Shown piece after piece: positions 17,726 to 27,136 of a stretch of 64,000 bases of DNA; the first letter of the stretch is position 1; each line of letters begins with the position of its first letter. Source of the stretch: Dehalococcoidia bacterium (GTDB taxonomy: Bacteria; Chloroflexota; Dehalococcoidia; Lucifugimonadales; JAAXIE01); the NCBI GenBank assembly GCA_965248385.1, contig CBDFIZ010000002.1:949904-1013903 (forward strand), given 5' to 3'. A program made the position numbers and the translations under genes. The notes beneath the pieces were generated by a model, which did not search any database, had not been told where the DNA came from, and saw only the letters and a program-made list of their open reading frames with translations.

Positions 17726-19723
17726 ATGAGTGTAGCAGTCGTCGGTGTCGACGTAGGTGGTACTTTCACTGATTTTGCCGTCCTCAGGGATGGTCGTCTC
17801 GAGGTCTACAAGCTGCCTTCGACACCCAGCGACCCCTCGCGGGGCATCCTTCAGGGCGTGAGCGACCTTTCCGTCGGCGAGGCCTCTTATGTCCATGGTT
17901 CTACCGTCGCTACCAATGCCCTTCTTGAGAGGCGCGGAGCACGCACCGCCTTGGTGACCACGCACGGTTTCGAGGACGTGCTGGAGATCGGGCGGCAGAA
18001 TCGCCCCGACCTCTACGACTTGGGAATGGACCGTTCTCCGGCACTGGTGCCCGCGGAGCTACGCTTCGGCGTGTCCGAGAGGGTGGACCAAGCAGGAGCT
18101 GTGGTTGCTACGCCTCGCCCTGAGGAGTTGAGCAAGCTGGTGTCGACCTTGGACGACGCCCAAGTGGACGCCGTGGCCGTGGTGCTCCTCTTCTCATTTC
18201 TCAACCCTCTGCACGAAGAGTTGGTGGCGGAAGCGCTGGCTGGCTTAAAGTCCAACCCTTATGTCTCAGTGTCCAGCCAAGTGGTGCCTGAGTTTCGTGA
18301 ATACGAGCGCACCTCCACAGTGGTGGTCAACTCATACGTAGGCCCCCTGATGTCACGCTACATAAGCCAATTGGAGACCGCTCTTGGCGCTGGGCTGCGC
18401 ATCATGCAGTCCTCGGGAGGCAGCATCACCGTCCAGCTTGCCTCCAACCAGCCGGTGCGCACCATTCTCAGCGGTCCCGCTGGTGGCGTGGTGGGGGCCT
18501 TCCACTTAGCATCGCAAGCTGGCTACGACGACGTAATCACCTTGGACATGGGCGGGACGTCTACCGATGTCTCCCTGTGCCCCGGCGTCATCAAGGAGAC
18601 CACCTCCTCCAGCTTGGCGGGCTGCCCTATCAGCGTGCCCATGATTGAGATTCACAGCGTGGGGGCCGGAGGCGGCTCCATCTCTCGTCTGGACGAGGGA
18701 GGCGCCTTGGTGGTTGGCCCGCAGTCAGCAGGAGCCGACCCTGGGCCGGCATGCTACGGCGTTGGCGACCAAGTGACCGTCACAGACGCCAACCTCATCT
18801 TGGGGCGTCTGCCTCAAGACCAGCCCCTAGCGGGAAAGTTGCAATTGCACTATCAACGGGCCCACGACCTCTTATCAGCGTTGGGTGCGGGACTCGGTGG
18901 CGACGCTCGCGCCGCAGCCTTGGGCGTGGTGAGGGTGGTGAATGCCACCATGGAGCGCGCCATCCGCACCATCTCCTTGGAGCGGGGATACGACCCTCGC
19001 CGCTTCACGCTTGTGGCCTTTGGCGGGGCGGGTCCCGCCCATGCCTGTGAGTTGGCCCAGGAGTTGGGTATTCCGCGGGTGTTGGTGCCGCCCCATCCCG
19101 GCATACTATCCGCCTTGGGCGTGGGCATCGCCGACATCGTCCGCGATTATTCCCGAACCGTGATGATGCGCGGCTCTGACATGACCAAAGACCGTCTCGA
19201 TGCCGGATTCGCTGTTCTGGAAGATGCGGCCACGGCCGAGATGGCCGATGAGGGCCTGCCTGTGGGGCGACTGGTGATGCGCCGTTTCCTTGACGTGCGC
19301 TACGTGGGACAGTCCTACGAACTGACGGTCAACTACCCCACCCGCACCGCTGGGTTCGATCAAGCCGTAGCCCGCGCTTTTCACCGCGCTCACAACCAAC
19401 GGTTCGGCTACTCCGATCCCTCGGAGCCGGTGGAGGCAGTGAACCTGCGCCTCAAGATGCTGATTCCCGTAGACAAGCCGGAACAAGCCGTGGGCCAGCG
19501 CGAGGGAAGTGACTCCAGTGCAGCCCGGGTTGCGGAAACCGAGGTTGTCTTCCAGCAAGGGGCGTTGCCCACCAACCTGTATCAGCGCGACCAGCTACGC
19601 CACGGCAACGTCATACAGGGCCCGGCTGTGGTGTTGCAGATGGACTCCACCACCTCCATCCCTCCCGGCTGGACAGCCCAAGTGGACGGCTACGGGAACC
19701 TCATCGTCGAACCAACAGGATGA
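17726..19723 (+). CDS. hyuA: hydantoinase/oxoprolinase family protein, A subunit
   Basis: VGVDVGGTFTD N-terminus, DMGGTSTD, 665 aa. Confidence 0.93.
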   Translation: MSVAVVGVDVGGTFTDFAVLRDGRLEVYKLPSTPSDPSRGILQGVSDLSVGEASYVHGSTVATNALLERRGARTALVTTHGFEDVLEIGRQNRPDLYDLGMDRSPALVPAELRFGVSERVDQAGAVVATPRPEELSKLVSTLDDAQVDAVAVVLLFSFLNPLHEELVAEALAGLKSNPYVSVSSQVVPEFREYERTSTVVVNSYVGPLMSRYISQLETALGAGLRIMQSSGGSITVQLASNQPVRTILSGPAGGVVGAFHLASQAGYDDVITLDMGGTSTDVSLCPGVIKETTSSSLAGCPISVPMIEIHSVGAGGGSISRLDEGGALVVGPQSAGADPGPACYGVGDQVTVTDANLILGRLPQDQPLAGKLQLHYQRAHDLLSALGAGLGGDARAAALGVVRVVNATMERAIRTISLERGYDPRRFTLVAFGGAGPAHACELAQELGIPRVLVPPHPGILSALGVGIADIVRDYSRTVMMRGSDMTKDRLDAGFAVLEDAATAEMADEGLPVGRLVMRRFLDVRYVGQSYELTVNYPTRTAGFDQAVARAFHRAHNQRFGYSDPSEPVEAVNLRLKMLIPVDKPEQAVGQREGSDSSAARVAETEVVFQQGALPTNLYQRDQLRHGNVIQGPAVVLQMDSTTSIPPGWTAQVDGYGNLIVEPTG

Positions 19724-19742
19724 CCGCCTCCGACAGCCGCTC

Positions 19743-19893
19743 CGTCATTCTTGTGCAATAGCCGCCTGTACCCAGACATCGTCCACCCCTCGTCATTCCC
19801 ACGTAGGCCGGAACCCACGGCCCGCACCGCCTCGGCAAGCCGCTCTCCCGTAAACCGCCCCCGTCATTCCCGCGCAGGCGGGAACCCACGGCC
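19743..19893 (+). repeat. three REP-like palindromic repeats (CGTCATTCCC-N8-GGGAACCCACGGCC type)
   Basis: Copies at 19791-19822 and 19862-19893 are near-identical, with inverted repeat TTCCCGC/GCGGGAA. A degenerate copy lies at 19743-19766. Confidence 0.7.
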
Positions 19894-19949
19894 CACACCA
19901 ACTCTGCAGACCTTAACCACCGCCATACGAAACCCCTGACTGATGGCAC

Positions 19950-20545
19950 TGATACTCGCCCGTTGACAGCGGCCACCCCTCCCCGCTGACCTCAATGCAG
20001 GCAGGGGACTGACCCCTCAGGGGCGCCCCTGCCTTTCTTATTTCAGATCCCTCGAATCAGCGGAATGAGAATGAGCGCGAACGATGGAAATAATGGAATC
20101 TCCCTCCCTCTCTGGAAGGATCCCAGTCCGCTGAAATGCGGTGCAATGCGGCAAGCTGAATCAGGTAGGGCAACGGCAAATGCGGCGTACTACAGATACA
20201 AGAAATTCCCCTCAGCTACGGCCGTTGCCGCATCCCAACTACGCCAGCGACAACACCGGCATCGCACCTCAGCTACGACTCATCCCTTTTGGGCGAGGCA
20301 CTGCCACTGCTGGGAAGCACCGCGTGTCACAGTCTGACCGTATCTAACTAGCTACGAACATGTCACAAATGTCATAGGTCTCAGATAGAATAAACCTGAT
20401 TTTAGCTACGACCAGTGTGACATCCCCAGCTACGGAACGGTCCCAAACTGGAGTTTTGGGCATGCATCATATCCTCACCTCTTCTTGCGCCGCCAGCGGC
20501 AGGCCTACGCAACGGCAGTAGCATCTCCCGCCTTGTGCTACCATT
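19950..20545 (+). ncRNA. structured noncoding locus A of the YYY-AGCTACG family (candidate novel RNA or leader)
   Basis: Promoter box TGATA-N8-TTGACA; 5' hairpin 20000-20033; AGCTACG at 20214, 20271, 20350, 20404 and 20428; two CAGATA-N15-AGCTACG cores with complementary flanks; no frame-conserved ORF. Confidence 0.5.
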
Positions 20546-20606
20546 GGCCACGCAGAACAGAGACGCCAGCACTGACTAACCCCGCCCAAAATCCCGGAGG
20601 TGCTCC

Positions 20607-22202
20607 TTGGTAGACCCCATAAGCTTGGAAGTGTTCAAGAACCTGTTCGTATCCGTCTCCGAGGAGATGGGGGTTGCCCTGCAGCGCACGGCCTACTCCC
20701 CCAACATGAAGGAGCGGCTGGACTTCTCTTGCGCTATATTCGACCCCGACGGTGCCATGGTGGCCCAAGCGGCCCACATCCCGGTGCACTTGGGCGCAAT
20801 GCCTTTCTCCGTGGCCGCCGCCATAAATCATGTCAGCCCGCTCGGGCAGGGCGACATCGTCATCCTGAACGACCCCTACTTGGGCGGCACTCATCTGCCT
20901 GACATCACCATGGTCGGACCAGTCTTCATCGGCAGTGGTGCCAACCGACAGTTAGCGGGCTTCGTCTCCAACCGGGGCCATCATGCTGACGTTGGAGGTA
21001 TGACCCCCGGCTCGCTCCCACTTTCCACTGAGCTATACCAGGAAGGCACCATCATCCCTCCCCTGAAGCTAGCCCGCCGGGGCAGGCTGAACGCTGAAGT
21101 GGTGCAACTCATCTGCCGGAACTCCCGTACCCCTGATGAGCGCAAGGGCGACTTGGCAGCCCAAGTGGCCTCCATACGCGTGGGAGAGCGCAGGTTGGCC
21201 GAAATTGCCGAACGGTACGGCATGGAGACCACGCGGGAGCACATGGACGCCATCCTTGATTACTCCGAGAGGCGCACCCGCGCGGCCATCAGCCGAATAC
21301 CCGATGGCAGTTACCACTTCCTCGACTACATGGACGACGACGGCCAAGTGGAGCAACTGGTCCCCATCGCGGTGACCATCACCGTTGACGGCGACCATCT
21401 CACCGCAGACTTTGAGGGCACTTCGCCCCAGCGTCCCGGCTGCATCAACGCTCCTTACGCTGTCACCACCTCCGCGGTGCTGTACTCCGTGCGCTGCATC
21501 ACCGGCGGTGATGTTCCCCCTAATCAAGGTTGTCTGCGTCCTGTCACCATCATCACGCCCGAAGGCTCGCTGGTGAATCCCCAGCCACAGCGGGGAGTGG
21601 CTGGGGGCAACGTTGAGACCTCCCAGCGCATTACCGACGTGCTGCTTGGAGCGTTGGCGCAAGCCCTGCCCGACGTTATACCCGCCGCCAGCCAAGGCAC
21701 GATGAACAACCTGCTCATCGGCGGACATGACCCGGTGCGCGGCAAGGCGTTTGTTTACTACGAGACCATCGCGGGAGGCATGGGCGCCCGCCCTGACAAA
21801 GACGGCGTGTCGGGCATCCACACGCACATGACCAACACCATGAACACTCCCGTCGAGGCCTTGGAGTTCGCCTTCCCGCTGCGCCTGCAGGAGTACTCTA
21901 TCCGGCGAGGCACCGGCGGGGCTGGCCTGCACCGTGGCGGCGACGGTGTACAGCGAGACGTAGAGTTCCTAAGCCCGGCCCGCGTCACTATCCTCTCGGA
22001 GCGCCGTAAGCGCGCCCCGTATGGTCTGCAAGGGGGCCATCCCGGCCACCACGGCGAGAACGTGCTACTGCGCAGCGGCTACGAAGAGGTGCGCCTCTCT
22101 GGCAAGGAGACCCTCGACGTGCTGGCAGGCGACGTCCTCAGCATACGCACCCCCGGCGGTGGCGGCTGGGGCGCACCGACGGACGAGTCCCCCGCCGACT
22201 AA
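20607..22202 (+). CDS. hyuB: hydantoinase B/oxoprolinase family protein
   Basis: TTG start with a GGAGG RBS; [11 protein letters not shown]-terminus; 531 aa. Confidence 0.93.
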   Translation: MVDPISLEVFKNLFVSVSEEMGVALQRTAYSPNMKERLDFSCAIFDPDGAMVAQAAHIPVHLGAMPFSVAAAINHVSPLGQGDIVILNDPYLGGTHLPDITMVGPVFIGSGANRQLAGFVSNRGHHADVGGMTPGSLPLSTELYQEGTIIPPLKLARRGRLNAEVVQLICRNSRTPDERKGDLAAQVASIRVGERRLAEIAERYGMETTREHMDAILDYSERRTRAAISRIPDGSYHFLDYMDDDGQVEQLVPIAVTITVDGDHLTADFEGTSPQRPGCINAPYAVTTSAVLYSVRCITGGDVPPNQGCLRPVTIITPEGSLVNPQPQRGVAGGNVETSQRITDVLLGALAQALPDVIPAASQGTMNNLLIGGHDPVRGKAFVYYETIAGGMGARPDKDGVSGIHTHMTNTMNTPVEALEFAFPLRLQEYSIRRGTGGAGLHRGGDGVQRDVEFLSPARVTILSERRKRAPYGLQGGHPGHHGENVLLRSGYEEVRLSGKETLDVLAGDVLSIRTPGGGGWGAPTDESPAD

Positions 22203-22239
22203 ATAGCCCACCGTATCCGTTCGTCACCCTCGGTGCCAT

Positions 22240-22340
22240 TCCTGGATTCCGGCAACGCGGGAATCTAGGGCGGTCCGGGCAATGGAGCCCTCGGTCGTGG
22301 AGCGGCCCTTGGATACCGGCTTCCGGCGGTATGATTCCGG
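22240..22340. repeat. REP-like palindromes between convergent hyuB and pheA
   Basis: GGATTCCGGCAACGCGGGAATC (22245-22266) is the same ATTCC-N-GGAAT type as at 19791/19862. A second hairpin, ATACCG...CGGTAT, lies at 22313-22332. Confidence 0.55.
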
Positions 22341-22369
22341 CTAGGCTACGTTAGGTGGCAAGAAGGTCC

Positions 22370-23197
22370 TTACTCCCTCCACCTTGGGTAGGAGCCGAAG
22401 ATGCGGAGCATTAAGGTATGGGCGCGCACGGCTTCGATGGCTTCCCGGACTACCTGGTTCTCTCGGTGGCCCTCGCAGTCGACGAGGAAGATGTACTCGC
22501 CTAGGGCGTTCTTGGCGGGGCGCGATTCGATCTTAGCTAGGTTGACGTTGCGCTCAGCGAACTCCCTCAAAGCTTCGTACAGAAGCCCTGCCTTGTCGTC
22601 GGCGAAGGAAAAGCAGAGGGATGTCTTGTCGTCGCCCGTAGGCGGGCTGTCCTGTTTGTTGAGCACGACAAACCGGGTGACGTTGTGTTCGCTGTCCTGA
22701 ATGCCTTTGGCCAGCACCTCCAGACCTCTTAGCTGGGCGTTGCGCCAAGGCGCGATAGCGGCTGCGCCGGCGGGGCCCTCAACCACCGAGTCTGCGGCAG
22801 TCGCGTTGCTGAGAGAGGACTCCAGCCGGGCTCTCGGGAAGCACCTCTCTAGGAAGCCGCGGCACTGCCCCAAGGACTGGGGGTGGGAGTAGACCACGTC
22901 GATGTCTGCGGTGCGGGTGCCCGGTCTGACCAGCAGGCAGTGCTCGATAGGGAGCACCAACTCCCTGTTGATGAACAGCTTCTCCTCGTGAATCAGCAGG
23001 TCGAGGGTTGCTGTGACCGATCCCTCTAGGTTGTTCTCGATGGGCACGACACCCTCTTGCGCCATGCCTGAGGAAACGGCAAGGGCGACGGCCGCCACGG
23101 TGGGGAAGGACTCCAACTCGCCTTGTGAGTCGTAGAGGATGGCAGCTTCTTCAGTGAAGGTGCCCATCGGCCCCAAGTACGCGATACGTTTGGGCAT
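22370..23197 (-). CDS. pheA: prephenate dehydratase
   Basis: IAYLGPMGTFTEEAA N-terminus, TRF motif, C-terminal ACT domain (ESRP). Confidence 0.92.
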   Translation of the reverse strand: MPKRIAYLGPMGTFTEEAAILYDSQGELESFPTVAAVALAVSSGMAQEGVVPIENNLEGSVTATLDLLIHEEKLFINRELVLPIEHCLLVRPGTRTADIDVVYSHPQSLGQCRGFLERCFPRARLESSLSNATAADSVVEGPAGAAAIAPWRNAQLRGLEVLAKGIQDSEHNVTRFVVLNKQDSPPTGDDKTSLCFSFADDKAGLLYEALREFAERNVNLAKIESRPAKNALGEYIFLVDCEGHRENQVVREAIEAVRAHTLMLRIFGSYPRWRE

Positions 23198-23856
23198 CAG
23201 GCCATGCTCGTGAGGATGTCGTGCAACATCGGCTCCTCGTAGGTGGTGGTTACGGCAATCACTTCGTCATTAGCGGTGAGGATGAGAGAGTCGGAGGGCA
23301 GGTAGGGACCGTCTTGCTTCACTAGCAGGATGATGAAGCTGTTGGGTGGCAGCTGCAGGTCGACCGGCGATTTGCCCACGGCTCCCGAGTCTTCAGGGAG
23401 CGTGATGCTGACCATCCGGACCTCCGCCGAGCGCAGGTTCATCAGGTGCTGCAGGGTGCGGCCGGGCAACTCCTCCTCGATGGTGCTCAGTATGTGGTGG
23501 GTGCCGTTGACCACCACGTCGACACCCAGAACCTTGAACAAGGGGTCGTTTTCCGGCTCGCGCACCACTGCGATGGTCCGAGGGCTGCCGGGGCCGCTCT
23601 TGGCCATCTGGCAGGCCGCTAGGTTGTCCTCGTCACTGGCAGTGGTTACCAGTACGTCAGCGCGATTTATGCCTGCCGTTTTCAGCACCTGCACGTCGGT
23701 GGCGTCGCCGTGGAGGACAACGCTGCCCAGCTCTTGCCGGACGAGATCGCAACGGGACTGGTCTTTCTCAATTACCAGCACCTCGTGGCCAATGGCCAGC
23801 AGTGCTCGAGAGAGGTGGTAGCCCACATGCCCGTAGCCCACGATAACCACGTACAA
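23197..23856 (-). CDS. trkA: TrkA/RCK K+ transport regulatory protein (TrkA-N + TrkA-C)
   Basis: VVIVGYGHVGYHL Rossmann motif plus a C-terminal RCK_C domain. Confidence 0.85.
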   Translation of the reverse strand: MYVVIVGYGHVGYHLSRALLAIGHEVLVIEKDQSRCDLVRQELGSVVLHGDATDVQVLKTAGINRADVLVTTASDEDNLAACQMAKSGPGSPRTIAVVREPENDPLFKVLGVDVVVNGTHHILSTIEEELPGRTLQHLMNLRSAEVRMVSITLPEDSGAVGKSPVDLQLPPNSFIILLVKQDGPYLPSDSLILTANDEVIAVTTTYEEPMLHDILTSMA

Positions 23857-23863
23857 AGCGAGG

Positions 23864-24262
23864 CTACCCTTCCAGCCCCGATGTGATGCCGTCCACCAAA
23901 GCCATGGTGGGACTGATGACGGTCAGGCCTAGGCCCTCGTAGACCTTCTGGCGATGGGGGTCGCGTATGGAGCAGAACACCTTGGGGACATGGAAGATGC
24001 GTTGCGCCACTTGGGCGGCCATGCCGTTGCGGCTGTCGCTATCGGTAAGGGCCAAAAAGACGTCAGCGTTGCTGAGGCCTGCTTGGCGCAGATTGTCCAG
24101 CATTGGCTCTCGGTACAGCATGCCTTCCACGTTGTCCACTCTCGAAAGCTCTTCTACCAAGTCGGGGTCGCTATCGATGGCCACGACATGATGCCCTTTT
24201 TTCGCCAACATCGGCGTCAGGTGCAGCCCTGCGCCTTGGCACCCCAGTACTAGGATGCGCAT
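23864..24262 (-). CDS. TrkA-N (RCK NAD-binding) domain protein
   Basis: MRILVLGCQGAGLHL Rossmann motif; 132 aa, no RCK_C domain. Confidence 0.75.
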   Translation of the reverse strand: MRILVLGCQGAGLHLTPMLAKKGHHVVAIDSDPDLVEELSRVDNVEGMLYREPMLDNLRQAGLSNADVFLALTDSDSRNGMAAQVAQRIFHVPKVFCSIRDPHRQKVYEGLGLTVISPTMALVDGITSGLEG

Positions 24263-24265
24263 CCC

Positions 24266-24703
24266 CTAGTGTCCCACTCCGGGATGTTCCAGAGGCCCAC
24301 GCCACAGCAGGACTGGGCAGGCGGCATTCTTTAGCACGTATTGGACAGTTTCGCTGAGCACTTGAGAGCCCTTCTTGTAGCTTGCTGTCATGGCGATGAG
24401 GTCTATATTCCTGTCCATCGCCTCTTGAACGATGGCCGGGCCAGCGTGACGCGCTTGTACCAATGCGGTGTCGGCGGGACATCGCTCCTCGTGGCAGAGG
24501 GCGTCGATGCGCTCGAGAACGCTTTCAGCTGCGGCCGTCTCCCGTGGGAGGTTGGCGTCCAAGGGGTATTCGTGGCCCAATTCGATGACATAAAGGGCTT
24601 GGACCTTGGCGCCATCTTGGCGGCCTATGCGGCAGGCCATGCGCACGGCCTCTTCGCCGACTTTGCGTCCGGTGACTGGCACCATAATCTTCTTCGCCGC
24701 CAA
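24266..24703 (-). CDS. universal stress protein (UspA family)
   Basis: KIMVPV..S..A...A, 145 aa, C-terminal ...VLKNAACPVLL. Confidence 0.85.
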   Translation of the reverse strand: MAAKKIMVPVTGRKVGEEAVRMACRIGRQDGAKVQALYVIELGHEYPLDANLPRETAAAESVLERIDALCHEERCPADTALVQARHAGPAIVQEAMDRNIDLIAMTASYKKGSQVLSETVQYVLKNAACPVLLWRGPLEHPGVGH

Positions 24704-24820
24704 GGCTGCTACTCAGTGGTCATTCTGGACTATAATCCTAGGTTAACGCCGATGGAATGGCGCGCTCTTTCCGTTTAGCGAAACAGCCGACATGCTCATG
24801 GCTAGCCGGACTTGCCCAAG

Positions 24821-25492
24821 CTATCTGCCGTTGGGCGAGAAGCCGAGCTTGCCCAAATCCTCGCTCTTTCCCGCCACAATCAATACGTCGCCGGGTTTGA
24901 TTTCCTCATCCTTGGAGGGTGTCAGCAGCACATCGCGGCCGCGGCGCATGGCTAGTACCGCCACGCCGTGCCTGTCTCGCGGACCAGCCAGGCCAGCTTC
25001 CTCCAGCGTTTGTCGCATGATGGAGCCGGGTGGTCGCAGCTTGCTGATGCCGGTGTTGGGCGCAATCTCCATGTAGTCCAACTCGCCGGGGTTGAACTCG
25101 GTGTGGGCCAACCGACGCCCCATCTCCTGTTCGGGGTAGACCACTTTGTCGACGCCCACCCGTTCCAGGGTGGCCCCGTGAACGTCATTGGCGGCCCGGG
25201 CGATGATGAAGGGCACGCCTCGGCTCTTGAGAAGCACTGCGACGACGATGCTGGCTTGCATGTCGGAGCCGATGCCCACGATCCCCACGTCGAAATTGGA
25301 TACGCCCAGCTCGGTCAGCACTAATTCGTTTGTTGCATCGGCCTTGACTGCATACGTCACAGAACCCAAGAGTTCCTGGACATTGCTTTCTTCAAGGTCT
25401 ATGGCCAAGACGTCGTGGCCCGTCTGATACAACTCGCGGGCTACACTGGACCCAAACCGACCCAGCCCCACTACCACTACTTGCTTCTTCAA
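24821..25492 (-). CDS. ktrA: KtrA/TrkA K+ uptake peripheral subunit
   Basis: VVVVGLGRFGSSVAREL Rossmann motif plus RCK_C; adjacent to the TrkH/KtrB gene. Confidence 0.88.
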   Translation of the reverse strand: MKKQVVVVGLGRFGSSVARELYQTGHDVLAIDLEESNVQELLGSVTYAVKADATNELVLTELGVSNFDVGIVGIGSDMQASIVVAVLLKSRGVPFIIARAANDVHGATLERVGVDKVVYPEQEMGRRLAHTEFNPGELDYMEIAPNTGISKLRPPGSIMRQTLEEAGLAGPRDRHGVAVLAMRRGRDVLLTPSKDEEIKPGDVLIVAGKSEDLGKLGFSPNGR

Positions 25493-25530
25493 GTGATTAG
25501 CCTCGTGTGGATCGGCAATGATGGCCGACG

Positions 25531-26964
25531 CTAGCCTATTTTAACCCTTTCCTGGGCGTAACGATACAAGGATGCCTCGCCTCTGGGCACTAATGCCAGG
25601 GCCATTGTCAGGGGTCCCAACCGACCCAGCAGCATCAACACCATAAAGAGTCCCTTTCCGAAAACCGTGAGGTCGGCTGCGGCGCCAGTGGAAAGTCCGG
25701 TAGTGCCGAAGGCCGATACCGTATCGAAGAGCAACTGTCGGAAGGGTATGTCTTCAGTGAGGGTCAACAGAAGGACAGCCAGAAAGGTGATGGTCACTCC
25801 CAGCACGGCTACGGTTACGGCGCGGTGCACTTGGAAGGGGTCGATCTCCCGCCCGAATGCCTCTACCTGCTGTCGACCCCGCAGCGATGAGAATACGGCG
25901 GCGATAATCACGGCGAAGGTGGCCACTTTGATGCCTCCGGCCACGGACCCCGCTGCGCCGCCAACAAACATGAGGAAGGGGTAGAAGAGCAGCGTGAATT
26001 CCGAGGCTGCGCCAAAATCGATTGTTGAGAAGCCCGCCGTCCTTCCGCTGATTGAGTGGAAAATTGCCTGATAGATGCGCTCGCCTACGGGGAAGGCACC
26101 CAGCGTGTTCTCGTTGCCGAACTCGTTGAACAGGATGACTGCTGCCCCCAGCACGTAGAGAAAGAGACTGGTGGTCAACACCATCTTGGTATCTAGCAAA
26201 AGCCGTGAGAAGCGATGGTGACGGGAGACGTCCACCAAGGTGGCCCACCCTATGCTTCCCAAGACGATCAGAGTAGCCACGAACCCCAGAAGAGGCAGGT
26301 TCCGTATGAAGGAGCCACTCAGTACACTGGCTTCTTCGGGCAGAATGCTGAAGCCAGCATTGTTGAATGCGGACACTGAGAGAAAAGCGGCTTGCCACAT
26401 GGCCTCGCCAGCTTCGAAGAAGCCCAGCAGGCGCCACCACAGCACAATGATACCTAGGGCGTAGATGCCTAGGACGATCAGGATGATATTCCGGGTCACT
26501 CTAACCAAACTACCCATGCGGTCGACGCCCATAGCCTCGCGCATGAGAATGCGCTCGGCCAGACCCAAGCGGCGACCGGTGATTATCAGCAGGAACGTGG
26601 CCATGGTCATGAATCCCAAGCCGCCGACCAGCATCAGGACAAAAATCACCCCTTGGCCAAAGGAGCTCCAGTAGGCGCTGGTCGGCTCTACGATGAGTCC
26701 GGTTACGGTCACAGCCGAAGTTGAGGTGAACATCGCTGTCACGAAGGAACTGGGTCCCTCGTGGTTGTTGGATACGGGCAGCCACAGGAGCAGTCCGCCC
26801 ACCAGAATGAGGGCAGTGAATCCGCCGAACAGGATATACGGTGCGGTGAGAAAACGCTGTGGTCGCCGGACGGGAGAATCGTGGATAACCGAAGGCATTA
26901 CCTCGCGCATGCGAGGCCGTCGTACTACCCGGTCGCCGATCCTAGGACGCTGTTGGTCGGCCAA
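25531..26964 (-). CDS. trkH: TrkH/KtrB family K+ transporter membrane subunit
   Basis: Polytopic 477-aa protein with repeated pore-loop motifs (TAVTVTGL, SAFNNAGFS, SGRTAGFST, SAFGTTGLS). Confidence 0.9.
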   Translation of the reverse strand: MADQQRPRIGDRVVRRPRMREVMPSVIHDSPVRRPQRFLTAPYILFGGFTALILVGGLLLWLPVSNNHEGPSSFVTAMFTSTSAVTVTGLIVEPTSAYWSSFGQGVIFVLMLVGGLGFMTMATFLLIITGRRLGLAERILMREAMGVDRMGSLVRVTRNIILIVLGIYALGIIVLWWRLLGFFEAGEAMWQAAFLSVSAFNNAGFSILPEEASVLSGSFIRNLPLLGFVATLIVLGSIGWATLVDVSRHHRFSRLLLDTKMVLTTSLFLYVLGAAVILFNEFGNENTLGAFPVGERIYQAIFHSISGRTAGFSTIDFGAASEFTLLFYPFLMFVGGAAGSVAGGIKVATFAVIIAAVFSSLRGRQQVEAFGREIDPFQVHRAVTVAVLGVTITFLAVLLLTLTEDIPFRQLLFDTVSAFGTTGLSTGAAADLTVFGKGLFMVLMLLGRLGPLTMALALVPRGEASLYRYAQERVKIG

Positions 26965-27136
26965 GCCGACCTCCCTCCAACATCAGTGAGCCCGACAACA
27001 TTGGGGTCGGCGGCTGATGGCCTCCGATGTCGCAGGATTCTAGGTTCGGCACTTTCCCAGTGTCAAATGAGAGCATGGTGCCACTAAAACATGTGGTGGG
27101 GGAGATGCACCGCGGTTGCTGCGAGCGTTCCACCGC

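Noticed and set aside
20000-20045. Hairpin plus T-rich tail as merely the terminator of hyuA (and 40782-40825 as the terminator of the decarboxylase operon)
   Set aside because: It lies downstream of the conserved promoter-like box and shares the exact outer stem and ATGCA lead-in in both loci, so it looks like part of the element. The simple-terminator reading is still possible and is listed as a test
19950-20545. Loci A-E as recent MITE or IS remnants
   Set aside because: I found no terminal inverted repeats, no target-site duplications and no transposase fragments. The copies share only short ordered blocks with compensatory changes rather than overall identity. Ancient domesticated mobile DNA cannot be excluded
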